From assembly GCF_056712565.1 (NCBI RefSeq), contig NZ_CM160072.1: a DNA stretch of 64,000 nt; one strand, written 5' to 3'. Positions within the stretch are counted from its first letter, which is position 1. Each line of letters starts with the position of its first letter. Shown piece by piece: positions 1-12,476 of the stretch. The translations under genes and the position numbers were made by a program. The notes below the pieces were generated by a model. That model saw only the letters and a list, made by a program, of their open reading frames with translations, was not told the DNA's origin and did not search any database.

Positions 1-1049
1 ACTTTCTTGAGACGCCGGTTCAGCTCCGGGTTGGGACACTTGAGATCAACAAGAACATGCTGCTATGGATCAATGACGCTCTGATGGCGGTATTTTTCCT
101 GTTGGTTGGTCTGGAAGTTAAACGCGAGCTGATGCAAGGTTCGCTGGCCAGTCTGCGCCAGGCGGCATTTCCTGTTATTGCCGCAATCGGCGGGATGATT
201 GTCCCGGCATTGCTCTATCTGGCTTTTAACTATGCCGATCCGATTACCCGCGAAGGCTGGGCAATCCCGGCGGCGACTGACATTGCCTTTGCACTTGGTG
301 TGTTGGCGCTGTTGGGAAGTCGTGTTCCGTTAGCGCTGAAGATCTTTTTGATGGCTCTGGCTATTATCGACGATCTTGGGGCCATCATTATCATCGCATT
401 GTTCTACACTAATGACTTATCGATGGCCTCTCTTGGCGTCGCGGCTGTAGCAATTGCGGTACTCGTGGTATTGAATCTGTGTGGTGTACGCCGCACGGGC
501 GTTTATATTCTGGTTGGCGTGGTGCTGTGGACAGCGGTGTTGAAATCGGGGGTTCACGCAACCCTGGCTGGCGTCATTGTCGGCTTCTTTATTCCTTTGA
601 AAGAGAAGCATGGGCGCTCTCCGGCTAAACGTCTGGAGCATGTTTTGCATCCATGGGTGGCGTATCTGATTTTGCCGCTGTTTGCATTTGCTAATGCTGG
701 CGTTTCACTGCAAGGTGTCACGCTGGAAGGTTTGACCTCCATCCTGCCATTAGGGATCATCGCTGGTTTGCTGATTGGCAAGCCACTGGGTATTAGTCTG
801 TTCTGCTGGTTGGCGCTGCGTTTGAAATTGGCACATCTGCCAGAGGGAACGACTTACCAGCAAATTATGGCGGTTGGTATCCTGTGCGGTATCGGTTTTA
901 CTATGTCTATCTTTATTGCCAGCCTGGCATTTGGTAGCGTAGATCCAGAACTGATTAACTGGGCAAAATTAGGTATCCTTGTCGGTTCAATTTCTTCGGC
1001 GGTAATTGGATATAGCTGGTTACGCGTTCGTTTACGTCCATCAGTTTGA
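1..1049 (+). CDS. nhaA: Na+/H+ antiporter NhaA, 5'-truncated by window edge
   Basis: ORF 57..1049 in frame with window start; polytopic membrane protein matching NhaA C-terminal ~330 aa; position upstream of nhaR. Confidence 0.9.
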   Translation, partial: FLETPVQLRVGTLEINKNMLLWINDALMAVFFLLVGLEVKRELMQGSLASLRQAAFPVIAAIGGMIVPALLYLAFNYADPITREGWAIPAATDIAFALGVLALLGSRVPLALKIFLMALAIIDDLGAIIIIALFYTNDLSMASLGVAAVAIAVLVVLNLCGVRRTGVYILVGVVLWTAVLKSGVHATLAGVIVGFFIPLKEKHGRSPAKRLEHVLHPWVAYLILPLFAFANAGVSLQGVTLEGLTSILPLGIIAGLLIGKPLGISLFCWLALRLKLAHLPEGTTYQQIMAVGILCGIGFTMSIFIASLAFGSVDPELINWAKLGILVGSISSAVIGYSWLRVRLRPSV

Positions 1050-1108
1050 CAGGACGATGTACTGGGGAGCCATAAACGGCTCCCTTTTCATTGTTATCAG
1101 GGAGAGAA

Positions 1109-2014
1109 ATGAGCATGTCTCATATCAATTACAACCACTTGTATTACTTCTGGCATGTCTACAAAGAAGGTTCTGTGGTTGGCGCAGCGGAGGCGCTTTA
1201 TTTAACACCACAAACCATTACCGGGCAGATCCGGGCGCTGGAAGAGCGCCTGCAAGGGAAACTATTTAAGCGTAAAGGACGTGGTCTGGAACCCAGCGAA
1301 CTGGGGGAACTGGTCTATCGCTATGCCGATAAAATGTTCACCTTAAGCCAGGAAATGCTGGATATCGTCAACTATCGCAAAGAGTCCAACTTATTGTTTG
1401 ATGTTGGTGTGGCAGATGCACTTTCCAAACGTCTGGTCAGCAGTGTTCTGGATGCCGCAGTTGTGGAAGACGAGCAGATCCATCTACGCTGTTTCGAATC
1501 GACGCACGAGATGCTTTTAGAGCAGTTGAGTCAGCATAAACTGGATATGATCATCTCTGACTGTCCGATCGATTCCACTCAGCAGGAAGGGCTGTTTTCC
1601 ATGAAAATTGGCGAATGTGGTGTCAGTTTCTGGTGCACTAACCCACTACCAGAAAAGCCGTTTCCTGCCTGTCTTGAAGAGCGTCGTTTACTTATTCCGG
1701 GGCGTCGCTCAATGTTGGGGCGTAAGCTATTAAACTGGTTTAACTCCCAGGGCTTGAACGTCGAAATTTTGGGTGAGTTTGATGATGCTGCGTTGATGAA
1801 AGCCTTTGGGGCGACGCATAACGCTATTTTCGTTGCACCTTCGCTTTACGCTAATGATTTCTATAACGATGACTCGGTTGTGGAGATAGGCCGTGTTGAG
1901 AACGTGATGGAAGAGTACCACGCGATTTTTGCCGAAAGGATGATTCAGCACCCTGCAGTACAGCGTATCTGCAATACAGACTATTCTGCGCTGTTTACTC
2001 CAGCTTCAAAATAA
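1109..2014 (+). CDS. nhaR: LysR-family transcriptional activator NhaR
   Basis: ORF 1091..2014; start moved to ATG 1109 ([14 protein letters not shown]...), 301 aa; LysR HTH N-terminus. Confidence 0.9.
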   Translation: MSMSHINYNHLYYFWHVYKEGSVVGAAEALYLTPQTITGQIRALEERLQGKLFKRKGRGLEPSELGELVYRYADKMFTLSQEMLDIVNYRKESNLLFDVGVADALSKRLVSSVLDAAVVEDEQIHLRCFESTHEMLLEQLSQHKLDMIISDCPIDSTQQEGLFSMKIGECGVSFWCTNPLPEKPFPACLEERRLLIPGRRSMLGRKLLNWFNSQGLNVEILGEFDDAALMKAFGATHNAIFVAPSLYANDFYNDDSVVEIGRVENVMEEYHAIFAERMIQHPAVQRICNTDYSALFTPASK

Positions 2015-2056
2015 ACATTTGTACTTTGCAGGCCGAATTTTGGCCTGCAGATGGAT

Positions 2057-2087
2057 ATAAAAAAACCCGCCAGAGCGGGTTTTTTTA
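2057..2087. terminator. Bidirectional rho-independent terminator between convergent nhaR and rpsT
   Basis: A-run, GC stem cccgc/gcggg, T-run (aaaaaaacccgccagagcgggttttttt). Confidence 0.6.
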
Positions 2088-2109
2088 CAAAGCTGACAAC
2101 AACAGGCAA

Positions 2110-2394
<285 letters not shown>

Positions 2395-2475
2395 CTATAT
2401 GGACAATTCAAAGGCCGAGGAATATGCCCTTTTAGCCTTCTTTTGTCAATGGATTTGTGCAAATAAGCGCCGTTA

Positions 2476-2694
2476 ATGTGCCGGCACTCGTTACGTAGTG
2501 ATGGCGCAGGATTCTACCAGCTTGCGGGGTGTGAATACAGCTTTTCCGCGAGAAAAATTGCAGCAGGCGGTCAGTTTCTTCCCATGATTTGCGCCATAGC
2601 AATGAAAAGCCACTTCTTTCTGATTTCGGTACTCAATCGCCGGTTAACCTTGACCGCTGTACAAGGTATACTCGGACGATTTTCACTGTTTTGA
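2476..2694 (+). CDS. yaaY: Small hypothetical ORF of doubtful coding status (yaaY-like)
   Basis: 72 aa ORF in the rpsT-ribF intergenic region at the position where K-12 annotates yaaY; no functional features. Confidence 0.3.
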   Translation: MCRHSLRSDGAGFYQLAGCEYSFSARKIAAGGQFLPMICAIAMKSHFFLISVLNRRLTLTAVQGILGRFSLF

Positions 2695-2701
2695 GCCAGA
2701 C

Positions 2702-3643
2702 ATGAAGCTGATACGCGGCATACATAATCTCAGCCAGGCCCCGCAAGAAGGGTGTGTGCTGACTATTGGTAATTTCGACGGCGTGCATCGCGGTCATCGC
2801 GCGCTGTTACAGGGCTTGCAGGAAGAAGGGCGCAAGCGCAACTTACCGGTGATGGTGATGCTTTTTGAACCTCAACCACTGGAACTGTTTGCTACTGATA
2901 AAGCCCCGGCACGGCTCACCCGGCTGCGGGAAAAACTGCGTTATCTTGCAGAGTGTGGCGTTGATTACGTGCTGTGCGTGCGTTTTGACAGGCGTTTTGC
3001 GGCGTTAACCGCGCAAAACTTCATCAGTGATCTTCTGGTGAAGCACTTGCGGGTAAAATTTCTTGCCGTAGGTGACGATTTCCGCTTTGGCGCTGGTCGT
3101 GAAGGCGATTTCTTGTTATTACAGAAAGCGGGCATGGAATACGGCTTCGATATCACCAGCACGCAAACTTTTTGCGAAGGTGGCGTGCGTATCAGCAGCA
3201 CCGCCGTGCGTCAGGCGCTTGCGGATGACAATCTGGCTCTGGCAGAAAGTTTACTGGGGCACCCGTTTGCCATCTCCGGGCGTGTAGTCCACGGTGATGA
3301 ATTAGGGCGCACTATAGGTTTCCCGACGGCGAATGTACCGCTACGCCGTCAGGTTTCCCCGGTGAAAGGGGTTTATGCGGTAGAAGTGTTGGGCCTTGGC
3401 GAAAAGCCGTTACCCGGCGTTGCAAACATCGGAACACGCCCAACGGTTGCCGGTATTCGCCAGCAACTGGAAGTGCATTTGTTAGATGTTGCAATGGACC
3501 TTTATGGTCGCCATATACAAGTAGTGCTGCGTAAAAAAATACGCAATGAGCAGCGATTTGCATCGCTGGACGAACTGAAAGCGCAGATTGCGCGTGATGA
3601 ATTAACCGCCCGCGAATTTTTTGGGCTAACAAAACCGGCTTAA
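2702..3643 (+). CDS. ribF: Bifunctional riboflavin kinase / FMN adenylyltransferase
   Basis: 313 aa ORF MKLIRGIHNL...; upstream of ileS. Confidence 0.95.
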   Translation: MKLIRGIHNLSQAPQEGCVLTIGNFDGVHRGHRALLQGLQEEGRKRNLPVMVMLFEPQPLELFATDKAPARLTRLREKLRYLAECGVDYVLCVRFDRRFAALTAQNFISDLLVKHLRVKFLAVGDDFRFGAGREGDFLLLQKAGMEYGFDITSTQTFCEGGVRISSTAVRQALADDNLALAESLLGHPFAISGRVVHGDELGRTIGFPTANVPLRRQVSPVKGVYAVEVLGLGEKPLPGVANIGTRPTVAGIRQQLEVHLLDVAMDLYGRHIQVVLRKKIRNEQRFASLDELKAQIARDELTAREFFGLTKPA

Positions 3644-3685
3644 GCCTGTTATGTAATCAAACCGAAATACGGAACCGAGAATCTG

Positions 3686-6502
3686 ATGAGTGACTATAAA
3701 TCAACCCTGAATTTGCCGGAAACAGGGTTCCCGATGCGTGGCGATCTCGCCAAGCGCGAACCGGGAATGCTGGCGCGTTGGACTGATGATGATCTGTACG
3801 GCATCATTCGTGCAGCTAAAAAAGGCAAAAAAACCTTCATTCTGCATGATGGCCCTCCTTATGCGAATGGCAGTATTCATATTGGTCACTCGGTTAACAA
3901 GATTCTGAAAGACATTATCATTAAGTCCAAAGGGCTTTCTGGATATGACTCGCCGTATGTGCCTGGCTGGGACTGTCATGGTCTGCCAATCGAGCTGAAA
4001 GTAGAGCAAGAATACGGTAAGCCGGGGGAGAAATTCACCGCCGCTGAGTTCCGCGCCAAGTGCCGCGAATACGCTGCGACCCAGGTTGACGGTCAGCGCA
4101 AAGACTTTATCCGTCTGGGCGTGCTGGGCGACTGGTCGCACCCGTACCTGACCATGGACTTCAAAACTGAAGCCAACATCATCCGCGCGCTGGGCAAAAT
4201 CATCGGCAACGGTCACCTGCACAAAGGCGCGAAGCCGGTGCACTGGTGCGTTGACTGCCGTTCTGCACTGGCAGAAGCGGAAGTTGAGTATTACGACAAA
4301 ACTTCTCCGTCCATCGACGTCGCTTTCCTGGCGGTCGATCAGGATGCGCTTAAAACGAAATTTGGCGTAAGCAATGTTAACGGCCCAATTTCGCTGGTTA
4401 TATGGACCACCACGCCGTGGACGCTGCCTGCTAACCGCGCAATCTCCATTGCACCTGATTTTGATTATGCGCTGGTGCAAATCGACGGTCAGGCCGTGAT
4501 CCTCGCGAAAGATCTGGTTGAAAGCGTAATGCAGCGTATCGGCGTTAGCGATTACACCATTCTTGGCACGGTGAAAGGTGCCGAGCTGGAACTGTTGCGC
4601 TTTACCCATCCGTTTATGGACTTCGATGTTCCGGCAATTCTCGGCGACCACGTTACGCTGGATGCCGGTACCGGTGCCGTTCATACCGCGCCAGGCCACG
4701 GTCCGGACGACTATGTGATCGGTCAAAAATATGGTCTGGAAACCGCTAACCCGGTTGGCCCGGACGGCACTTATCTGCCGGGTACTTACCCGACTCTGGA
4801 TGGCGTTAACGTCTTCAAAGCGAACGATATTGTCATTGCGTTGTTGCAGGAAAAAGGCGCACTGTTGCACGTTGAGAAAATGCAACACAGCTATCCGTGC
4901 TGCTGGCGTCATAAAACGCCGATCATCTTCCGCGCGACGCCGCAGTGGTTCGTCAGCATGGATCAGAAAGGTCTGCGTGCGCAGTCACTGAAAGAGATCA
5001 AAGGCGTGCAGTGGATCCCTGACTGGGGCCAGGCGCGTATCGAGTCGATGGTTGCTAACCGTCCTGACTGGTGTATCTCTCGTCAGCGTACCTGGGGCGT
5101 GCCGATGTCACTGTTCGTGCACAAAGACACAGAAGAACTGCATCCGCGTACTCTCGAACTGATGGAAGAAGTGGCAAAACGCGTTGAAGTTGACGGCATT
5201 CAGGCGTGGTGGGATCTCGATGCGAAAGAGATCCTCGGCGACGAAGCTGACCAGTATGTGAAAGTACCGGATACGCTGGATGTATGGTTTGACTCCGGAT
5301 CTACCCACTCTTCCGTTGTTGATGTGCGTCCGGAATTTGCCGGTCACGCAGCGGACATGTATCTGGAAGGTTCTGACCAACACCGTGGCTGGTTCATGTC
5401 TTCCCTGATGATCTCTACCGCGATGAAGGGCAAAGCGCCATATCGTCAGGTACTGACTCACGGCTTTACCGTGGATGGTCAGGGTCGCAAGATGTCTAAA
5501 TCCATCGGTAACACCGTTTCGCCGCAGGATGTGATGAACAAACTGGGTGCGGATATTCTGCGTCTGTGGGTGGCATCAACCGACTACACTGGCGAAATGG
5601 CCGTTTCTGACGAGATCCTGAAACGTGCTGCCGACAGCTATCGTCGTATCCGTAACACCGCGCGCTTCCTGCTGGCAAACCTGAACGGTTTTGATCCGGC
5701 AAAAGATATGGTGAAACCGGAAGAGATGGTGGTACTGGATCGCTGGGCCGTAGGTTGTGCGAAAGCGGCACAGGAAGACATCCTCAAAGCGTACGAAGCA
5801 TACGATTTCCACGAAGTGGTACAGCGTCTGATGCGCTTCTGCTCCGTTGAGATGGGGTCCTTCTACCTCGACATCATCAAAGACCGTCAGTATACCGCCA
5901 AAGCGGACAGCGTGGCGCGTCGTAGCTGCCAGACTGCGCTGTATCACATCGCAGAAGCGCTGGTTCGCTGGATGGCACCAATCCTCTCCTTCACCGCTGA
6001 TGAAGTGTGGGGTTACCTGCCGGGCGAACGTGAAAAATACGTCTTCACCGGCGAGTGGTACGAAGGCCTGTTTGGTCTGGCAGACAGTGAAGCAATGAAC
6101 GATGCGTTCTGGGACGAGCTGTTGAAAGTGCGTGGCGAAGTGAACAAAGTCATTGAGCAAGCGCGTGCCGATAAGAAAGTGGGCGGCTCGCTGGAAGCGG
6201 CAGTAACCTTGTATGCAGAACCGGAACTGGCGGCGAAACTGACCGCGCTGGGCGATGAATTACGATTTGTCCTGTTGACCTCCGGCGCTACCGTTGCAGA
6301 CTATAACGACGCACCTGCTGATGCCCAGCAGAGCGAAGTCCTCAAAGGGCTGAAAGTCGCGTTGAGTAAAGCCGAAGGTGAGAAGTGCCCTCGCTGCTGG
6401 CACTACACCCAGGATGTCGGCAAGGTGGCGGAACACGCAGAAATCTGCGGCCGCTGTGTCAGCAACGTCGCCGGTGACGGTGAAAAACGTAAGTTTGCCT
6501 GA
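3686..6502 (+). CDS. ileS: Isoleucyl-tRNA synthetase
   Basis: 938 aa ORF with class I aaRS HIGH ([11 protein letters not shown]) and KMSKS motifs. Confidence 0.97.
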
Positions 6503-6996
6503 TGAGTCAATCGATCTGTTCAACAGGGCTACGCTGGCTGTGGCTGGTGGTAGTCGTGCTGATTATCGATCTGGGCAGCAAATACCTGATCCTCCAGAAC
6601 TTTGCTCTGGGGGATACGGTCCCGCTGTTCCCGTCGCTTAATCTGCATTATGCGCGTAACTATGGCGCAGCGTTTAGTTTCCTTGCCGATAGCGGCGGCT
6701 GGCAGCGTTGGTTCTTTGCCGGTATTGCGATTGGTATTAGCGTGATCCTGGCAGTGATGATGTATCGCTCGAAGGCCACGCAGAAGCTAAACAATATCGC
6801 TTACGCGCTGATTATTGGCGGCGCACTGGGCAACCTGTTCGACCGCCTGTGGCACGGCTTCGTTGTCGATATGATCGACTTCTATGTCGGCGACTGGCAC
6901 TTCGCCACCTTCAACCTTGCCGATACTGCCATTTGTGTCGGTGCGGCACTGATTGTGCTGGAAGGTTTTTTACCTTCTAAAGCGAAAAAACAATAA
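6502..6996 (+). CDS. lspA: Lipoprotein signal peptidase II
   Basis: 164 aa membrane protein; ATG overlaps ileS stop (tgATGa), translational coupling. Confidence 0.95.
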
Positions 6997-7003
6997 TAAA
7001 CCC

Positions 7004-7072
7004 TGCCGGATGCGATGCTGACGCATCTTATCCGGCCTACAGATTGCTGCGAAATCGTAGGCCGCATCCGGC
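7004..7072. repeat. REP (repetitive extragenic palindrome) element
   Basis: gccggatgcg / cgcatccggc palindromic units typical of E. coli REP. Confidence 0.55.
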
Positions 7073-7103
7073 AAAAATCCTCAAAATATAAGAGCAAACC
7101 TGC

Positions 7104-7553
7104 ATGTCTGAATCTGTACAGAGCAATAGCGCCGTCCTGGTGCACTTCACGCTGAAACTCGATGATGGCACCACCGCTGAGTCTACCCGCAACAACGGTA
7201 AACCGGCGCTGTTCCGCCTGGGTGATGCTTCTCTTTCTGAAGGGCTGGAGCAACACCTGCTGGGGCTGAAAGTGGGCGATAAAACCACCTTCTCGCTGGA
7301 GCCAGATGCGGCGTTTGGCGTGCCGTCACCGGACCTGATTCAGTACTTCTCCCGCCGTGAATTTATGGATGCAGGCGAGCCAGAAATTGGCGCAATCATG
7401 CTTTTTACCGCAATGGATGGCAGTGAGATGCCTGGCGTGATCCGCGAAATTAACGGCGACTCCATTACCGTTGATTTCAACCATCCGCTGGCCGGGCAGA
7501 CCGTTCATTTTGATATTGAAGTGCTGGAAATCGATCCGGCACTGGAGGCGTAA
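7104..7553 (+). CDS. fkpB: FKBP-type peptidyl-prolyl cis-trans isomerase
   Basis: 149 aa [26 protein letters not shown]... Confidence 0.9.
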
Positions 7554-7554
7554 C

Positions 7555-8505
7555 ATGCAGATCCTGTTGGCCAACCCGCGTGGTTTTTGTGCCGGGGTAG
7601 ACCGCGCTATCAGCATTGTTGAAAACGCGCTGGCCATTTACGGCGCACCGATATATGTCCGTCACGAAGTGGTGCATAACCGCTACGTGGTCGATAGCCT
7701 GCGCGAGCGTGGGGCTATCTTTATTGAGCAGATTAGCGAAGTACCGGACGGCGCGATCCTGATTTTCTCCGCACACGGTGTTTCTCAGGCAGTACGTAAC
7801 GAAGCGAAAAGCCGCGATTTGACGGTGTTTGATGCCACCTGTCCGCTGGTGACCAAAGTGCATATGGAAGTCGCCCGCGCCAGCCGTCGTGGTGAAGAAT
7901 CTATTCTCATCGGTCACGCCGGGCACCCGGAAGTGGAAGGGACGATGGGCCAGTACAGCAACCCGGAAGGGGGAATGTATCTGGTCGAATCGCCAGACGA
8001 TGTGTGGAAACTGACGGTCAAAAACGAAGAGAAGCTCTCCTTTATGACCCAAACCACGCTGTCGGTGGATGACACGTCTGATGTGATCGACGCGCTGCGT
8101 AAACGCTTCCCGAAAATTGTCGGTCCGCGCAAAGATGACATCTGCTACGCCACGACTAACCGTCAGGAAGCGGTACGCGCCCTGGCAGAGCAGGCGGAAG
8201 TAGTACTGGTGGTTGGTTCGAAAAACTCCTCCAACTCCAACCGTCTGGCGGAACTGGCCCAGCGTATGGGCAAGCGCGCGTTTTTGATTGACGATGCGAC
8301 AGATATCCAGGAAGAGTGGGTGAAAGAGGCGAAATGCGTCGGCGTGACTGCTGGCGCATCAGCTCCGGATATTCTGGTACAGAACGTAGTCGCACGTTTA
8401 CAGCAGCTTGGCGGTGGCGAAGCCATTCCGCTGGAAGGTCGTGAAGAAAACATTGTTTTCGAAGTGCCGAAAGAGCTGCGTGTCGATATTCGTGAAGTCG
8501 ATTAA
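7555..8505 (+). CDS. ispH: 4-hydroxy-3-methylbut-2-enyl diphosphate reductase (IspH/LytB)
   Basis: ORF 7471..8505 trimmed to ATG 7555 ([19 protein letters not shown]...), 316 aa; starts 2 nt after fkpB stop. Confidence 0.95.
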   Translation: MQILLANPRGFCAGVDRAISIVENALAIYGAPIYVRHEVVHNRYVVDSLRERGAIFIEQISEVPDGAILIFSAHGVSQAVRNEAKSRDLTVFDATCPLVTKVHMEVARASRRGEESILIGHAGHPEVEGTMGQYSNPEGGMYLVESPDDVWKLTVKNEEKLSFMTQTTLSVDDTSDVIDALRKRFPKIVGPRKDDICYATTNRQEAVRALAEQAEVVLVVGSKNSSNSNRLAELAQRMGKRAFLIDDATDIQEEWVKEAKCVGVTAGASAPDILVQNVVARLQQLGGGEAIPLEGREENIVFEVPKELRVDIREVD

Positions 8506-8530
8506 GTCATTAGCAGCCTAAGTTATGCGA

Positions 8531-8559
8531 AAATGCCGGTCTTGTTACCGGCATTTTTT
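8531..8559 (+). terminator. Rho-independent terminator after ispH
   Basis: gccggt...accggc stem followed by T-run (gccggtcttgttaccggcatttttt). Confidence 0.55.
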
Positions 8560-8570
8560 ATGGAGAAAAC

Positions 8571-9485
8571 ATGCGTTTACCTATCTTCCTCGATACAGAC
8601 CCCGGCATTGACGATGCCGTTGCCATTGCCGCCGCGATTTTTGCCCCCGAACTCGATCTGCAACTGATGACCACTGTCGCGGGTAATGTTTCGGTAGAGA
8701 AAACCACCCGCAACGCCCTGCAACTGCTGCATTTCTGGAATGTGGATATTCCGCTTGCCCAGGGCGCTGCCGTACCACTGGTTCGTGCGCCGCGCGATGC
8801 GGCATCTGTACACGGTGAATCGGGAATGGCTGGCTATGACTTTGTTGAACACAACCGTCAGCCACTGGGTATACCGGCGTTTCTGGCAATTCGTGATGCC
8901 CTGATGCGTGCGCCAGAGCCCGTTACCCTGGTGGCCATCGGCCCGTTAACCAATATTGCGCTGTTACTTTCACAATGCCCGGAATGTAAGCCGTATATTC
9001 GCCGTCTGGTGATCATGGGCGGTTCTGCTGGTCGCGGCAACTGCACACCAAACGCCGAGTTTAATATCGCTGCCGATCCAGAAGCGGCAGCCTGTGTCTT
9101 CCGTAGCGGCATCGAAATCGTCATGTGCGGTCTGGATGTCACCAATCAGGCAATATTAACCCCTGACTATCTCGCTACTTTGCCGGAATTGAATCGCACC
9201 GGAAAAATGCTACACGCCCTGTTTAGCCACTACCGTAGCGGCAGTATGCAAAGTGGACTACGTATGCACGATCTTTGCGCTATCGCCTGGCTGGTGCGCC
9301 CGGAATTGTTCACTCTCAAACCGTGTTTTGTCGCGGTAGAAACTCAGGGTGAATTTACCTCAGGCACGACGGTTGTTGATATCGACGGTTGCCTGGGCAA
9401 ACCAGCCAATGTACAGGTGGCGCTGGATCTGGATGTGAAAGGCTTCCAGCAATGGGTGGCTGAGGTGCTGGCCCTGGCGCTCTAA
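8571..9485 (+). CDS. rihC: Non-specific ribonucleoside hydrolase RihC
   Basis: 304 aa; N-terminal DTDPGIDDA nucleoside hydrolase motif. Confidence 0.9.
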   Translation: MRLPIFLDTDPGIDDAVAIAAAIFAPELDLQLMTTVAGNVSVEKTTRNALQLLHFWNVDIPLAQGAAVPLVRAPRDAASVHGESGMAGYDFVEHNRQPLGIPAFLAIRDALMRAPEPVTLVAIGPLTNIALLLSQCPECKPYIRRLVIMGGSAGRGNCTPNAEFNIAADPEAAACVFRSGIEIVMCGLDVTNQAILTPDYLATLPELNRTGKMLHALFSHYRSGSMQSGLRMHDLCAIAWLVRPELFTLKPCFVAVETQGEFTSGTTVVDIDGCLGKPANVQVALDLDVKGFQQWVAEVLALAL

Positions 9486-9507
9486 TAATAAAACAAGGAA
9501 GTGTTCT

Positions 9508-9873
9508 ATGACGTATGGAGAAGCGTATCTGGAAGGGTGGAAAAACATCTTTAATTATGAAGGTGTTTCCAATCGCTTCGAGTTCTGGTCGTTTATGATT
9601 GGTAGTGGCGTTATCTGTCTGCTTCCGCTTTTATGTTGGTGGTTAGCGGTAACAATTAACAATGACTATGGTGTTTTCATTTTTTTTGCGCTGCCCGCGT
9701 CATTTATTTTAACGTTGATTTTTGCCATACCGGCGATAGCGTTAGCCGTCAGAAGGATGCACGATATCGGATATTCAGGGTGGTGGGTTACCATTGTCGT
9801 GTTGATCCCTGTTACGGGCGTAATTCTGCTTATACTGTGCTGCCTGCCGTCAAAGTCACAAGACCAGGCATAA
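9508..9873 (+). CDS. DUF805-family small inner membrane protein (strain-variable gene)
   Basis: 121 aa; three predicted TM helices; RRMHDIGYSGWW motif characteristic of DUF805/YhaH-like proteins; strong SD aaggaag 6 nt upstream of ATG. Confidence 0.75.
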   Translation: MTYGEAYLEGWKNIFNYEGVSNRFEFWSFMIGSGVICLLPLLCWWLAVTINNDYGVFIFFALPASFILTLIFAIPAIALAVRRMHDIGYSGWWVTIVVLIPVTGVILLILCCLPSKSQDQA

Positions 9874-10018
9874 TGACAGAGGGTATGACGCATCACTTTC
9901 TGCGTCATGCCTTTCACTGATATCCCTCCCTGTTTATCATTAATTTCTAATTATCAGCGTTTTTGGCTGGCGGCGTAGCGATGCGCTGGTTACTCTGAAA
10001 ACGGTCTATGCAAATTAA

Positions 10019-10855
<837 letters not shown>

Positions 10856-10907
10856 CCACAAGATATTTATGGTGATGCAAAAACAACACATTTAATTCGT
10901 TGAATAT

Positions 10908-10940
10908 AAAGGGCTTTAATTTTTGGCCCTTTTATTTTTA
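10908..10940 (+). terminator. Rho-independent terminator after dapB
   Basis: gggc...gccc stem followed by T-rich run (aaagggctttaatttttggcccttttattttt). Confidence 0.5.
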
Positions 10941-11159
10941 GTGTTATGCTTTTAAATCTAATGCAAATGCTGAAAATTACATGTTTTGTATTCTGTTTTT
11001 GTTGTTTTAATGTAAATTTTGACCATTTGGTCCACTTTTTTCTGCTCATTTTGATTTCATGCAATCTTCTTGCTGCGCAAGCGTTTTCCAGAACATGTTA
11101 TATGATCTTTTTGTCGCTTAATGCCTGTAAAACATGCATGAGCCACAAAATAATATAAA

Positions 11160-11310
11160 AAATCCCGCCATTAAGTTGACTTTTAGCTCCCATATCTCCA
11201 GAATGCCGCCGTTTGCCAGAAATTCGTCGGTAAGCAGATTTGCATTGATTTACGTCATCATTGTGAATTAATATGCAAATAAAGTGAGTGAATATTCTCT
11301 GGAGGGTGTT
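11160..11310 (+). promoter_or_regulatory. carAB tandem promoter/operator region with ARG-box-like sequences
   Basis: AT-rich region immediately upstream of carA containing tgaattaatatgcaaat and gtgaatattc motifs resembling ArgR boxes; assignment from known carAB regulation. Confidence 0.5.
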
Positions 11311-12459
11311 TTGATTAAGTCAGCGCTATTGGTTCTGGAAGACGGAACCCAGTTTCACGGTCGGGCCATAGGGGCAACAGGTTCGGCGGTTGGGGAAGTC
11401 GTTTTCAATACTTCAATGACCGGTTATCAAGAAATCCTCACTGATCCTTCCTATTCTCGTCAAATCGTTACTCTTACTTATCCCCATATTGGCAATGTCG
11501 GCACTAATGACGCCGATGAAGAATCTTCTCAGGTTCATGCCCAAGGTCTGGTGATTCGCGACCTGCCGCTGATTGCCAGCAACTTCCGTAATACCGAAGA
11601 CCTCTCTTCTTACCTGAAGCGCCATAACATCGTGGCGATTGCCGATATCGATACCCGTAAGCTGACGCGTTTACTGCGTGAGAAAGGTGCTCAGAATGGC
11701 TGCATTATCGCAGGCGATAACCCGGATGCGGCGCTGGCATTAGAAAAAGCCCGCGCGTTCCCAGGTCTGAACGGCATGGATCTGGCAAAAGAAGTAACCA
11801 CCGCAGAACCCTATAGCTGGACACAAGGGAGCTGGACACTGACCGGCGGCCTGCCAGAAGCGAAAAAAGAAGACGAGCTGCCGTACCACGTCGTGGCCTA
11901 CGATTTCGGTGCCAAGCGCAACATCCTGCGTATGCTGGTGGATAGAGGCTGTCGCCTGACCATCGTTCCGGCGCAAACTTCTGCGGAAGATGTGCTGAAA
12001 ATGAATCCGGACGGCATCTTCCTCTCCAACGGTCCTGGCGACCCGGCCCCGTGCGATTACGCCATTACCGCTATCCAGAAATTCCTCGAAACTGATATTC
12101 CGGTATTCGGCATCTGCCTCGGTCATCAGCTGCTGGCGCTGGCGAGCGGTGCGAAGACTGTCAAAATGAAATTTGGTCACCACGGCGGCAACCATCCGGT
12201 TAAAGATGTTGAGAAAAATGTGGTGATGATCACCGCCCAGAACCACGGTTTTGCGGTGGATGAAGCAACATTACCTGCAAACCTGCGTGTCACACATAAA
12301 TCCCTGTTCGACGGTACGTTACAGGGCATTCATCGTACCGATAAACCGGCGTTCAGCTTCCAGGGACACCCGGAAGCCAGCCCTGGTCCACACGACGCCG
12401 CGCCGTTGTTTGACCACTTTATCGCGTTAATTGAGCAGTACCGTAAAACCGCTAAGTAA
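11311..12459 (+). CDS. carA: Carbamoyl-phosphate synthase small (glutaminase) subunit
   Basis: ORF 11284..12459 trimmed to TTG 11311 ([12 protein letters not shown]...), 382 aa, SD ggaggg upstream; carA is known to use a UUG start. Confidence 0.93.
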   Translation: MIKSALLVLEDGTQFHGRAIGATGSAVGEVVFNTSMTGYQEILTDPSYSRQIVTLTYPHIGNVGTNDADEESSQVHAQGLVIRDLPLIASNFRNTEDLSSYLKRHNIVAIADIDTRKLTRLLREKGAQNGCIIAGDNPDAALALEKARAFPGLNGMDLAKEVTTAEPYSWTQGSWTLTGGLPEAKKEDELPYHVVAYDFGAKRNILRMLVDRGCRLTIVPAQTSAEDVLKMNPDGIFLSNGPGDPAPCDYAITAIQKFLETDIPVFGICLGHQLLALASGAKTVKMKFGHHGGNHPVKDVEKNVVMITAQNHGFAVDEATLPANLRVTHKSLFDGTLQGIHRTDKPAFSFQGHPEASPGPHDAAPLFDHFIALIEQYRKTAK

Positions 12460-12476
12460 TCAGGAGTAAAAGAGCC

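Noticed and set aside
3701-4912. 403-aa ORF on the minus strand inside ileS
   Set aside because: Antisense shadow ORF fully embedded in a highly conserved synthetase gene; no independent start signals.
10946-11158. 70-aa ORF in the dapB-carA intergenic region
   Set aside because: Lies in the AT-rich carAB promoter region; Phe/Cys/Leu-rich low-complexity translation; no RBS.
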